64,000 bases of DNA, from positions 4,266-68,265 of the forward strand of contig CARTDZ010000001.1 of assembly GCA_949067325.1 (NCBI GenBank), written 5' to 3'. This DNA is from an uncultured Eubacteriales bacterium (GTDB lineage Bacteria; Bacillota; Clostridia; Christensenellales; UBA1242). Position numbers and translations under genes: made by a program. Shown here piece by piece: positions 46,532 through 55,291 of this stretch; within the stretch, counting starts at the first letter, position 1, and every line of letters starts with the position of its first letter. Below the pieces are notes generated by a model, which was given only the letters and a program-made list of their open reading frames with translations, did no database searches and was not told where the DNA came from.

Positions 46532-47713
46532 ATGATAAACAAAGATTTTTTTCAAGCACTTGAAGACCTTGAAACTGAAAAGAAAATAAATAAGGAGACT
46601 TTTATTGAAACTCTTGAGCAAGCTCTTACTTCAGCCTACAAAAAAATGTATGGCGAAGCAAAGTCTGCAATGGTCAAACTTAGCCCAGAGAAAAACACAA
46701 TCAGAGTTTTCTCTTACAAAACAATCGTAGACGAAGTGACTGATCCAGACAAGGAAATCTCACTCAAAGAAGCAAAACTCATCAAAAAGTCTTTCAAACT
46801 AGGTGACCAAGTGCTTAGCGAAGAGGCAACAAAAGACTTTGGCCGTATTGCAGCTCAAACTGCAAAACAAGTTGTTATGCAAAAGCTGAAAGAAATGGAA
46901 AGAGAAATTGCAATCAGCGAACTTGCTGAAAAAGAAGACGAACTTATGACAACAATCATAAAACGCATTGACAACGGCACAGTTTATGTTCAACTTTCTT
47001 CTTCAAACACTGAAGGCGTAATGCTTCCTTCTGACCAAATACCAGGTGAAAAATATAACGTCGGTGATCGTATCAAAGTTTATGTGAAAAAGATAAAGGA
47101 TTCATTCAAAGGCCCACAAATTCAAGTTACTCGAAGCAATATTGGTTTTGTTCGCAAACTTTTCGAACTTGAAATTCCAGAAATTTCAAGCGGCGACGTA
47201 AAAATCAAAAACATCTCACGTGACGCGGGCAACAGAACAAAAGTTGCAGTTTTCACTGACAAGCCAAACCTTGATCCAATCGGCACTTGCGTTGGCTTCC
47301 GTGGACAACGTATTGACACTATCGTTTCAGAACTTAACGGCGAAAAAATTGACCTCATTGAATACAGCGAAGATCCACTTGAATATATCGCGCGTGCTTT
47401 AAGCCCAGCCCAAGTCCTTTCAGTTGAAACAAACGAAAGCCTTATGGCTTCAAGAGTTATTGTGCCAGACGACAAACTTTCACTTGCAATTGGCAGAAAC
47501 GGACAAAATGTTCGTCTCGCAGCAAGACTTACAGGCTGGAAGATAGAAGTTAAGCCAGAAAGTTCAGTTTCAGCATCACAAACAGACACAAGCAAAGATT
47601 ATGAACTTACTGAACTTGCCGATGACGCTTTTGACAATCTTGAGGAACTTGAAGAACTTGACGAACTTACAGAACTTGAGCCAATAGACTTTTCTGACGA
47701 ACCAAACGCATAG
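46532..47713 (+). CDS. nusA: transcription termination/antitermination factor NusA
   Basis: NTD, S1 and two KH domains (GTCVGFRGQRI, AIGRNGQNVRLAARLTGWKI), with an acidic C-terminal tail. Confidence 0.95.
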   Translation: MINKDFFQALEDLETEKKINKETFIETLEQALTSAYKKMYGEAKSAMVKLSPEKNTIRVFSYKTIVDEVTDPDKEISLKEAKLIKKSFKLGDQVLSEEATKDFGRIAAQTAKQVVMQKLKEMEREIAISELAEKEDELMTTIIKRIDNGTVYVQLSSSNTEGVMLPSDQIPGEKYNVGDRIKVYVKKIKDSFKGPQIQVTRSNIGFVRKLFELEIPEISSGDVKIKNISRDAGNRTKVAVFTDKPNLDPIGTCVGFRGQRIDTIVSELNGEKIDLIEYSEDPLEYIARALSPAQVLSVETNESLMASRVIVPDDKLSLAIGRNGQNVRLAARLTGWKIEVKPESSVSASQTDTSKDYELTELADDAFDNLEELEELDELTELEPIDFSDEPNA

Positions 47714-47722
47714 GAGGTAGTT

Positions 47723-47986
47723 ATGAAAAATGAAAGGCTAAGAATGTGCGTTTCATGCCGCGAAATGAAAGACAAAAAACTTCTTGTGCGTGTGGTGAAA
47801 GACAAAGATGGCCTCATCAGCGTCGACCCAACAGGCAAAAAAAACGGCAGAGGTGCATATATTTGCAAAGATAAGACCTGCTTTGAAAAGCTTAAAAAAC
47901 AAAAGGGCCTAAACAAGGCCTTTAAGTGCAATATAAGCGACGAAATCATCGCATCTTTAGAGGAGGAAATTCTTGGACATAACTAA
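47723..47986 (+). CDS. ylxR: YlxR/RnpM (DUF448) RNA-binding protein
   Basis: RMCVSCREMKDKKLLVRVV...GRGAYIC. Confidence 0.85.
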   Translation: MKNERLRMCVSCREMKDKKLLVRVVKDKDGLISVDPTGKKNGRGAYICKDKTCFEKLKKQKGLNKAFKCNISDEIIASLEEEILGHN

Positions 47987-48254
47987 AGCAAAAGGCTATC
48001 TCAACATCGCTCACAAAGCTGGCTATCTCATAATAGGCAGTGACAATTTGAAAGGTTATGACAAAAAACTTTACCTCGTCCTTATCGACAAAACCGCTGG
48101 CAAAAACAGCAACAAAATTTCTTCCACTTTGACAGAAAGGGGAGTGACACTTAAAATAATAGAAAATTTACCAGAACTTGTAAGCATAAAAAACTGCAAA
48201 ATTGTAGGTGTAAAAAATAAGCAACTAAGCGAAAAAATCTTGGAAAATTTGTAA
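47973..48254 (+). CDS. ylxQ: L7Ae-family RNA-binding protein YlxQ
   Basis: 93 aa, located between ylxR and infB, with ...LNIAHKAGYLIIGSDN... Confidence 0.8.
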   Translation: MDITKAKGYLNIAHKAGYLIIGSDNLKGYDKKLYLVLIDKTAGKNSNKISSTLTERGVTLKIIENLPELVSIKNCKIVGVKNKQLSEKILENL

Positions 48255-48289
48255 AATAACCAAACATATAAAAAATTAAGGAGAAAAAT

Positions 48290-50824
48290 TTGGCTAATCA
48301 ATTAAACAATCTTAAAACAATTCATGACTTGCAAAAAGAAGGTGTCATAAACGAAGCTCTTCGCAAGGTTAGGGCAGCAAAAAGCGAAGTTGAAACATTT
48401 GCAAAACGTCTTTTAGATCGCAGGCGCGCAATTGACGACGAAAATGCTAGGGCAGAAGCTAAAAAAGCTCAAGCTCAGGCTCAAAATGAAGCTATGCAAG
48501 CGAAAACGGCAGAAAAAGAGGTTGATATCTCAGTGAAAACTGAACAAACCCCTGTCTTTTCTAATGGCGCAAATACAAAAAACAATTTTCGCTCATTCAA
48601 CCAAAACAGCCAAATTCAAAGGTCAAACAATCCAAGATTTCAAAATCAAAACGCCACTTCACGTCAGGGTGGAACATTCCAAAATGGCCAACGTCCAAAT
48701 GCAAACAACCGCTTTCAAAATCAACAAGGCGGCCAACGCAATGGTCAGGGGCTTGGCAACAGGCCTCAAATGGGTGCAAAACGTCCTGCAAACTTTGTGT
48801 CTACAAAGGGCAACAATTTTCGCTCTTTTGCATCAAATGATTTGTCAGAACTTGAGGTAAAAACAGACCGCAATTTTGCTCAAAAAACAAAAAATGCACA
48901 AAAGCACAACTCTGCAAATATTGATGAACGCAAATCTCAAACTCGTCGTCAGCAAAATGACAATCGTCGAGTAACTTTTATTGAAGACGAAGATGGAATT
49001 CAAGAAGTAAGCTATGGCTCACGAAAGAGCGTTCTCAAAAAGAAAAAAGAAACCGTAGTTGTCGCTCCAGCAGTTACTCATGCGGTGTTTACATCAAAAG
49101 AAATTTCAGTCAAAGATTTCAGCGAAAAAATAGGCAAGCCAGTCACAGAAATCGTTAAAAAACTTATGCTTGTCGGCACTATGGCCACAATCAATTCAAA
49201 TATTGACTTTGAAACGGCCGAACTTATTGCAGCTGACTTTGGCATAACGCTAGAACTTAAAGCTGCAAAATCTTTTGAAGAAAAACTTATCGAAAGTGCA
49301 GCCGAAGACGATGAAGCCTCTCTTATAAAGAGACCTCCTGTGGTAACTGTCATGGGTCACGTCGACCACGGAAAAACTTCTCTCCTCGACGCTTTCAGAA
49401 AGACTGACGTCGTTGCAGGCGAAGCGGGCGGTATAACTCAAAAAATTGGTGCTTATCAAATTGAATTTAACGGCGAAAAAATTACTTTTATTGACACGCC
49501 AGGCCACGCAGCTTTTACAGCTATGCGTGCTAGAGGTGCAAAAAGTACTGATATCGCAATTCTTGTCGTTGCAGCTGATGACGGAATTATGCCTCAAACT
49601 GTTGAAGCTATCGATCATATCAAAGCTGCTGGCGTTCCAATGATTGTTGCAATCAACAAAATGGATAAACAAGAAGCAAACCCAGACCGCATAAAGCAAC
49701 AGCTCACTGAACATGGAATTTTGCCTGAAGAATGGGGTGGAGATGCAATCTGCGTTCCTATTTCAGCCAAAACAGGAATGGGACTTGACCAACTCAAATC
49801 AACAATTCTGCTCGTGGCAGAAATGGCAGAACTTAAAGCCAATCCAAACAAAATGGCAACAGGTGTTGTTATTGAGGCAGAACTTGACAAAAATAGAGGC
49901 CCAGTTGCAACAATTCTTGTGCAAAATGGTACTCTTCGGGTTGGAGATTCAATCATGTCAGGTATAACTTATGGCAAGGTTAGGGCAATGTTCAACGACG
50001 TTGGCAAGTCAGTCAAAGTCGCTCCACCTTCAACTCCAGTATCGGTTTTGGGACTAGGTGAAGTGCCATTTTCAGGTGATCAAGTTTATGCAGTTGAAGA
50101 AACACTTTCAAAACAAGTCATTCAAGAACGTATTGATAAGATTAAAAAAGAACGCGCAATGCAAAGCAGCGGTGTAACCCTTGACAACTTTATGAACAAA
50201 GTTCAAGAAGGCACACTTAAAAACCTTAACATAATCTTGAAGGCAGATTCAATGGGTTCTGTTGAAGCTGTTAAAAATGCCATTCTTGTTATCCGTAATG
50301 AAGAAGCAAAGGTCAACATTGTTCATAGCGGTGCGGGCGCAGTTACTGAATCAGACGTTATCCTAGCGCAAACAACAGGTGCTATTATAATCAGCTTCAA
50401 CCTTAAAACAATAGCCAAAGTTGATGTTTTGGCTGAAAAACTTAAAGTTCAAATCAAAGATTACAAGATCATATATGAAGTTGTTGATGATGTAACAGCT
50501 GCAATCAATGGTATGCTCAGCGTTAAGTATCAAGAAGTTTATATTGGAAACGCTGAAGTGCGAGTAGTTTTCAAACTTTCAACTGCTGGCAAGGTTGCAG
50601 GAAGTTATGTCAAAGATGGCAAATTAACAAGAAACGCTATTGTTAAAGTCAAACGCGGCGACGAAGAGATTGGCGTAACAAGCATCGAATCACTCAAAAT
50701 TGTCAAAGATGAAAAGGCAGAAGTTGCCAAAGGTTTTGAATGCGGTGTCAAGCTTCGCGATAATATTGACTTTAAAGAAGGCGATATTTTGGAATGCTAT
50801 GTCAAAGAAGTCATAAAAAGATAG
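48290..50824 (+). CDS. infB: translation initiation factor IF-2
   Basis: TTG start after AAGGAG. A Q/N/G-rich N-terminal region is followed by the G domain ([21 protein letters not shown]) and domains II-IV. Confidence 0.95.
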   Translation: MANQLNNLKTIHDLQKEGVINEALRKVRAAKSEVETFAKRLLDRRRAIDDENARAEAKKAQAQAQNEAMQAKTAEKEVDISVKTEQTPVFSNGANTKNNFRSFNQNSQIQRSNNPRFQNQNATSRQGGTFQNGQRPNANNRFQNQQGGQRNGQGLGNRPQMGAKRPANFVSTKGNNFRSFASNDLSELEVKTDRNFAQKTKNAQKHNSANIDERKSQTRRQQNDNRRVTFIEDEDGIQEVSYGSRKSVLKKKKETVVVAPAVTHAVFTSKEISVKDFSEKIGKPVTEIVKKLMLVGTMATINSNIDFETAELIAADFGITLELKAAKSFEEKLIESAAEDDEASLIKRPPVVTVMGHVDHGKTSLLDAFRKTDVVAGEAGGITQKIGAYQIEFNGEKITFIDTPGHAAFTAMRARGAKSTDIAILVVAADDGIMPQTVEAIDHIKAAGVPMIVAINKMDKQEANPDRIKQQLTEHGILPEEWGGDAICVPISAKTGMGLDQLKSTILLVAEMAELKANPNKMATGVVIEAELDKNRGPVATILVQNGTLRVGDSIMSGITYGKVRAMFNDVGKSVKVAPPSTPVSVLGLGEVPFSGDQVYAVEETLSKQVIQERIDKIKKERAMQSSGVTLDNFMNKVQEGTLKNLNIILKADSMGSVEAVKNAILVIRNEEAKVNIVHSGAGAVTESDVILAQTTGAIIISFNLKTIAKVDVLAEKLKVQIKDYKIIYEVVDDVTAAINGMLSVKYQEVYIGNAEVRVVFKLSTAGKVAGSYVKDGKLTRNAIVKVKRGDEEIGVTSIESLKIVKDEKAEVAKGFECGVKLRDNIDFKEGDILECYVKEVIKR

Positions 50825-50827
50825 AAG

Positions 50828-50875
50828 GAGGGAGGAATTTTTAGCATAAGAAAGCTTATTCCTCTTTCTTATTTT
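50828..50875 (+). terminator. hairpin plus T-rich tract immediately after the infB stop (terminator/attenuator-like)
   Basis: GAGGGAGGAAT(50828-50838) pairs with ATTCCTCTTTC(50858-50868), including two G-U pairs that only work on the + strand RNA. TTATTTT follows. Confidence 0.4.
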
Positions 50876-50896
50876 ACTCATAAGGATTTTATAGGT

Positions 50897-50988
50897 GGCG
50901 GAAGTCCAAACTTTGCTAGATGCAAAGTTTGTTCCTGCTGCCGAGGCAGCAGGAACTGCGAAAGCTTGCAGCTTTCGCGACTTCCGCC
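50897..50988 (+). ncRNA. 92-nt perfect four-way-junction element (unknown function; strand not determinable from pairing)
   Basis: The closing stem pairs 50897-50906 with 50979-50988. It encloses three hairpins (50907-50931, 50932-50955, 50958-50978). There are 39 Watson-Crick pairs, no mismatches, and 2 unpaired junction nt. Confidence 0.5.
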
Positions 50989-51054
50989 AAAAGCTGTCGC
51001 CTTCGTCTAAGCCTTTTCTTAAAATCAAACAAAAACTATAAAAGGAGAAACATT

Positions 51055-51432
51055 ATGTCAAATCGAATAGAAAGAGCCAATAGTGAAGTTCAAAGATGCA
51101 TTGCGCAAATCTTAACTACCAAAATGAGTGATCCTCGTTTAAGTCCATTTCTTTATGTCAGCGAAGTTAAGCTTACCCCTGATTTTAAATATTGCAAAAT
51201 CAAAGTCGCTCTTGATAGTGATGACAAAGCCTATCTCAAGCAAAATCTTGAAGTTCTGCAAAAGTCAGAAGGCTTTATCAAACGTGAACTATCGAAAATT
51301 GTCGATATGCCATCAATGCCAAAACTTGTTTTTGAACTTGACAAAGGCACTAGTGCAACAATCAGGGTAAACGAACTTTTAAAAAACCTTAATATTCCAA
51401 AACTGGAAGAAGAGGAGGGCGAAGATGAATAA
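51055..51432 (+). CDS. rbfA: ribosome-binding factor A
   Basis: MSNRIERANSEVQRCIAQIL...VSEVKLTPDFKYCKI. ATG at 51055 follows AAAGGAG (the ORF track starts at 50920, inside the structured element). Confidence 0.9.
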   Translation: MSNRIERANSEVQRCIAQILTTKMSDPRLSPFLYVSEVKLTPDFKYCKIKVALDSDDKAYLKQNLEVLQKSEGFIKRELSKIVDMPSMPKLVFELDKGTSATIRVNELLKNLNIPKLEEEEGEDE

Positions 51433-52432
51433 AAATGACAAAAAAATTTTGCAAAAGATAAAAAAAGAAATCAAGGCGGCAAAAAATATTGCCATCTTTT
51501 GTCATAGAAGCCCTGATATGGACTGCCTTGGCTCAATGTTTGCTCTTGGCGAAGCGCTCGAAAGAATAGGTAAGAAAGTAACAAGATTTAGTGCTGATAA
51601 ATTATCAATTGACCATAAGGCTCTCTTTGACGAAAAAGCAGTTATGACAGAAAAACAAAATGCCGACAACTTTGACCTTTTTATATCTGTTGATGTTGCA
51701 ACAGGAAAAATGCTTGATAAATTTGAAGACTATTTCACAAATTTTCCACTAACTATAAAAATTGATCACCACAATGCGGGTGAAAAAGACAGCTATGCAC
51801 TTCTAAACTATGTTGACAGTCAAAAGTCCTCTTGTTCAGAAATTATATTTGAGCTTATTGAAGCCTTAAAAATCAAAATCACACCTACAATTGCTACATA
51901 TCTTTACGCAGGTCTTTCAGCTGACACCAACTCTTTTATAAATACTAACACAAACTTAAATTCCTTCCAAACAGGTTGCAAACTTTTAAAGCTCTCAGCA
52001 GATATCCATAAAGTCAATGAGGCAGAATATAGACTTGTTACTCGCACTTCAATTGCAATGAAAAAAGTATTATACAACAATTTGCAAATCTTTAAGGAAG
52101 GCTTTGCAATCTGTCTTATCTCAAAAGAAGATTTAACCAAAAATAAAGCAGACAAATCAGATTGTTCAACCTTTAGCAGCGAAATGCTTGCAATAGAAGG
52201 GGTAAACATCAGTTGCAACATTACAGAACATGAAAACAAAAAATATTCTCTTTCATTTCGTTCACGCAAAGGTTTTAATGTAAATGGAATTGCCAAAACT
52301 TTCGGCGGTGGCGGTCATATCGAAGCTTCAGGTGCAAGAATAGAAAATTGCACTGAAGAACAAGTTGTAAAAATGGTCGCAAAAGCCATTCGCGAAAACT
52401 TAAAAAATCTGAAAAGTCAGGAAAGAGTATGA
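51425..52432 (+). CDS. nrnA: DHH-family phosphoesterase (NrnA-like nanoRNase/pAp phosphatase)
   Basis: CHRSPDMDCLGS, IDHHNAG and the DHHA1 motif GGGGH. Confidence 0.8.
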   Translation: MNKNDKKILQKIKKEIKAAKNIAIFCHRSPDMDCLGSMFALGEALERIGKKVTRFSADKLSIDHKALFDEKAVMTEKQNADNFDLFISVDVATGKMLDKFEDYFTNFPLTIKIDHHNAGEKDSYALLNYVDSQKSSCSEIIFELIEALKIKITPTIATYLYAGLSADTNSFINTNTNLNSFQTGCKLLKLSADIHKVNEAEYRLVTRTSIAMKKVLYNNLQIFKEGFAICLISKEDLTKNKADKSDCSTFSSEMLAIEGVNISCNITEHENKKYSLSFRSRKGFNVNGIAKTFGGGGHIEASGARIENCTEEQVVKMVAKAIRENLKNLKSQERV

Positions 52433-53277
52433 ACAGCTGCATAATATTACTCAACAAACCTCGCGGACTTTCTTCCAACACCTGTGTCAATATTGTCAAG
52501 CGGGCAGTGGGTGCAAAAAAAGCAGGCCACTTAGGCACACTTGACGTGCTTGGCGAGGGACTTCTTCCAATAACAATCAACAAAGCCACTCAGCTCTTTG
52601 ACTTCTATCTTCAAAAAGACAAAGTCTATCAAACAACATTTCGCTTTGGTCAAACAACTGATACCCTCGACCTCGAAGGCGAGATAACGTTAAAAAACGA
52701 TAAAATGGTTACAAAAGAAGAATTGTTAAAAATTCTTCCGTCTCATTGCGGAAAAATATCTCAAATGCCACCAATTTATTCGGCTAAAAAAATAAAAGGT
52801 CAAAAAGCTTATGACCTTGCAAGAGCAGGGCAAGAAGTCAACCTTAAACCTAAAGAAGTCGAAATCTACTCAATTGACCTTATAGCCAATGACAATCCAA
52901 ATGAGTTTACCTTTCGCGTAGCCTGCTCAAGCGGCACATATATCCGTTCGCTTTGTCGTGATATGGCTGCAAGTTTGTCAACATATGGTGTTATGCTCAA
53001 CATAATACGCACAAAATGTGGTGATTTTGACTTAAAAGACGCCTCTACTTTGGAGGAAATCAAACAAGGCAATTTCAAAACAATATCTCTTGAAAGCTTA
53101 TTCAAATCGGCAAAAATAGTTTTCAACAAAAAGGAAACTGATCTTCTTTTAAATGGCGTAAATATTTCTACTGATCTCAAAAATGGTGACTACAATGCTT
53201 ATGCTGATGAAGGTGAATATCTTGGCTTGGTCACCATAGAAAACAACAGGATCAAATTTAAATTTAGATTTGTTTAA
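52429..53277 (+). CDS. truB: tRNA pseudouridine(55) synthase TruB
   Basis: LLNKPRGLSS...GHLGTLDVLGEGLLP. Confidence 0.9.
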   Translation: MNSCIILLNKPRGLSSNTCVNIVKRAVGAKKAGHLGTLDVLGEGLLPITINKATQLFDFYLQKDKVYQTTFRFGQTTDTLDLEGEITLKNDKMVTKEELLKILPSHCGKISQMPPIYSAKKIKGQKAYDLARAGQEVNLKPKEVEIYSIDLIANDNPNEFTFRVACSSGTYIRSLCRDMAASLSTYGVMLNIIRTKCGDFDLKDASTLEEIKQGNFKTISLESLFKSAKIVFNKKETDLLLNGVNISTDLKNGDYNAYADEGEYLGLVTIENNRIKFKFRFV

Positions 53278-53282
53278 TTTTT

Positions 53283-53334
53283 CAAAGAAATCATATCTAA
53301 AAAAAGATAACCAAAGAAATCATATCTAAAAAAA
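53283..53334. repeat. 23-bp direct repeat x2 (29-bp period)
   Basis: CAAAGAAATCATATCTAAAAAAA occurs at 53283-53305 and 53312-53334. Confidence 0.8.
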
Positions 53335-53436
53335 TAACAAAAAATATAACAATAATATAACAAAAAAGTCAACCAAGAAAAAGCAACCCCAAAAAACATA
53401 ACCAAAAAACAAAACAAGACAAAAAAGGAGAAAAAC

Positions 53437-54306
53437 ATGAGTGCTATATTTGGCTCATCAGGCTGTGGCAATGAGTTTTATGAAAAAGGCCATAAGACCA
53501 TTTTGGAAGTTCCAAAATTCATCAAAGATTACGGACTTGACGCTTATGAATATTCTTTCGGTCATGGTTATCAAATGTCAACGTCTCTTGCTGAAAAAGC
53601 TGGCAAACTTTTCAAAGAAGAGGGGATCAAGCTTTCTCTTCACGCACCTTTTTATATCAACTTTGCAAACCCAGATGAAGTTATGTATCAAAAAAGCCAA
53701 AACTATCTTAGAACAGGCATAAAATTTTTGAAAGCTTTTGGAGCTGACAGACTTGTTTTTCACGCGGCTTCCTGCGGCAAACTTTCACGCGACGAAGCAT
53801 TGGCACTCACTTATAAACGTATTGAAGAAACAATGCAAAATTTTGAAAAAGAAGGCTTCTTTGAAAACGATGACAATATTCTACTTTGCCCTGAAACCAT
53901 GGGCAAAACTATGCAGATTGGCACATATAAAGAAATCATCGACCTCTGCACGCTTAGTCCACGCCTTGTTCCAACTTTTGATTTTGGTCACATCAACGCT
54001 CTCGGTCAAGGCACGCTTAAAACTTCAGATGACTTCAAACGCGTCATTGACTACAGCATTGAAAAACTAGGACTAGAAAAAACAAATTCTTCTCATGTCC
54101 ATTTTTCAAAAATCCAATATGGCGAAAAAGGTGAGATCAGACATCTCAATTTTGATGACAAGATTTATGGGCCAAACTTTGAGCCTTTTGCAGAACTTCT
54201 TGCAAACTACAATCTTTCCATGCGAATAATTTGTGAAAGTATGACCGATATGCCAAAAGACGCACTTGCAATGAAAAAAATCTATCACAAAATGCTAGAC
54301 AAATAA
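53437..54306 (+). CDS. endonuclease IV-like / xylose-isomerase-like TIM-barrel protein
   Basis: LSLHAPFYINFANPD, LVFHAAS, CPETMGK, FDFGHINA and HVHFSKIQYG are spaced like the Nfo metal-ligand motifs. Confidence 0.6.
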   Translation: MSAIFGSSGCGNEFYEKGHKTILEVPKFIKDYGLDAYEYSFGHGYQMSTSLAEKAGKLFKEEGIKLSLHAPFYINFANPDEVMYQKSQNYLRTGIKFLKAFGADRLVFHAASCGKLSRDEALALTYKRIEETMQNFEKEGFFENDDNILLCPETMGKTMQIGTYKEIIDLCTLSPRLVPTFDFGHINALGQGTLKTSDDFKRVIDYSIEKLGLEKTNSSHVHFSKIQYGEKGEIRHLNFDDKIYGPNFEPFAELLANYNLSMRIICESMTDMPKDALAMKKIYHKMLDK

Positions 54307-54378
54307 AGCTTTTTATGATAAAATAACAAAGTAAATAAAAATTACCAAATCTATCAATATTAAAGGAGAAAAATAATC

Positions 54379-54939
54379 ATGGTTACAGCAGGCGAATTTA
54401 GAAAAGGTGTTACATTTGAAATGGAAGGTGCAGTTTACTCAATCGTAGATTTTATGCACGTAAAACCAGGCAAAGGCTCACCATTTGTTAGGGCAAAAAT
54501 CAAAAACGTTATGACAGGTCAAGTGAAAGACATGACTTTCAACCCATCAGACAAATTTCAAGTGGCAATTATTGAAAAGAAAGAAATGACTTATCTTTAT
54601 AATGATGGCGGAATTTACTATTTCATGGATAGTGAAACTTATGATCAAATTCCACTCAACAAAGATTCTGTCGAAGACGCACTCAACTTTGTCACTGAAA
54701 ATATGAACTGCACAATGTATTTCTACAAAGGCAATCCATTTTCAGTTTATCCTCCAACTTTTGTTGAACTTGAAATCATTGATTGCGAACCTGGCGTTCA
54801 AGGCGATACTTCAAAATCAACAACAAAACCAGCCAAGGTTGAAACAGGCTATGTGCTTAACGTTCCACTCTTTGTCAACGTAGGTGAAAGAATAAGAATT
54901 GACACTCGCGACGGCAGCTATATGGAAAGAGTAAAGTAA
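54379..54939 (+). CDS. efp: elongation factor P
   Basis: [41 protein letters not shown]. Confidence 0.95.
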   Translation: MVTAGEFRKGVTFEMEGAVYSIVDFMHVKPGKGSPFVRAKIKNVMTGQVKDMTFNPSDKFQVAIIEKKEMTYLYNDGGIYYFMDSETYDQIPLNKDSVEDALNFVTENMNCTMYFYKGNPFSVYPPTFVELEIIDCEPGVQGDTSKSTTKPAKVETGYVLNVPLFVNVGERIRIDTRDGSYMERVK

Positions 54940-54967
54940 ACCGAAAATTTTTAAAATTGCAATTTCA

Positions 54968-55037
54968 ATCAAATACTTTAAATCAAATCACATTCGATCA
55001 AATCACATTCGATCAAATCACATTCGATCAAATCACT
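54968..55037. repeat. 15-bp tandem repeat, about 4.7 copies (ATCAAATCACATTCG)
   Basis: Perfect copies lie at 54982-54996, 54997-55011 and 55012-55026, with degenerate flanking copies. Junctions create three GATC sites. Confidence 0.85.
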
Positions 55038-55076
55038 TAAAAACAGGATTTTCAAAAACAAAAAACAAAATTAGGC

Positions 55077-55107
55077 AAAGCGGGCAAAATTTTCAGCCTG
55101 CTTTTTT
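55077..55107 (+). terminator. rho-independent terminator after efp
   Basis: AAAGCGGGC/GCCTGCTTT stem with one G-U pair and a 10-nt loop, followed by a T-run. Confidence 0.55.
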
Positions 55108-55291
55108 GTTTGTAAACAATAACTCATAAGCACACCAAATTTTGTAAGCACGCTCAAAACTTTATTTTATTTTCAAAAACTCCTTGCATTTTTTGTCCAA
55201 TTTTATCATTTTTTTATCGTTCATAATCTCTCACATACGTTCTTTTTAGGACAAGCACAAGCATAGCATAATGCAAGGGGAGGAAAATCTC

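Noticed and set aside
50897-50988. A tRNA or tRNA-like gene, given the cloverleaf-like four-way junction.
   Set aside because: The stems are 9-10 bp rather than 7/4/5/5. The loops are 3-5 nt, with no 7-nt anticodon loop. There is no GTTCRA T-loop, no D-loop GG and no CCA or discriminator context.
50825-51010. Cys-rich peptide (…ARCKVCSCCRGSRNCESLQ…) in the infB read-through frame, behind the strong SD.
   Set aside because: No ATG, GTG or TTG lies at a usable distance from the SD. The Cys codons are a by-product of the GC-rich palindromes. It would require TAG read-through or an ATT/ATA start.
50920-51054. N-terminally extended RbfA (ORF track 50920..51432).
   Set aside because: The ATG sits in the loop of hairpin 1 with no RBS. 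The canonical RbfA N-terminus MSNRIERAN begins at 51055 behind AAAGGAG.
55150-55291. Sigma-E-type promoter for spoIIIAA (candidate -10 boxes CATACGTT and CATAGCAT, and a TCATAAT box).
   Set aside because: The -35-like and -10-like boxes are not at the 16-18-bp spacing expected for sigma-E, so I could not build a convincing promoter by eye. A position-weight-matrix scan or transcription-start mapping is needed.
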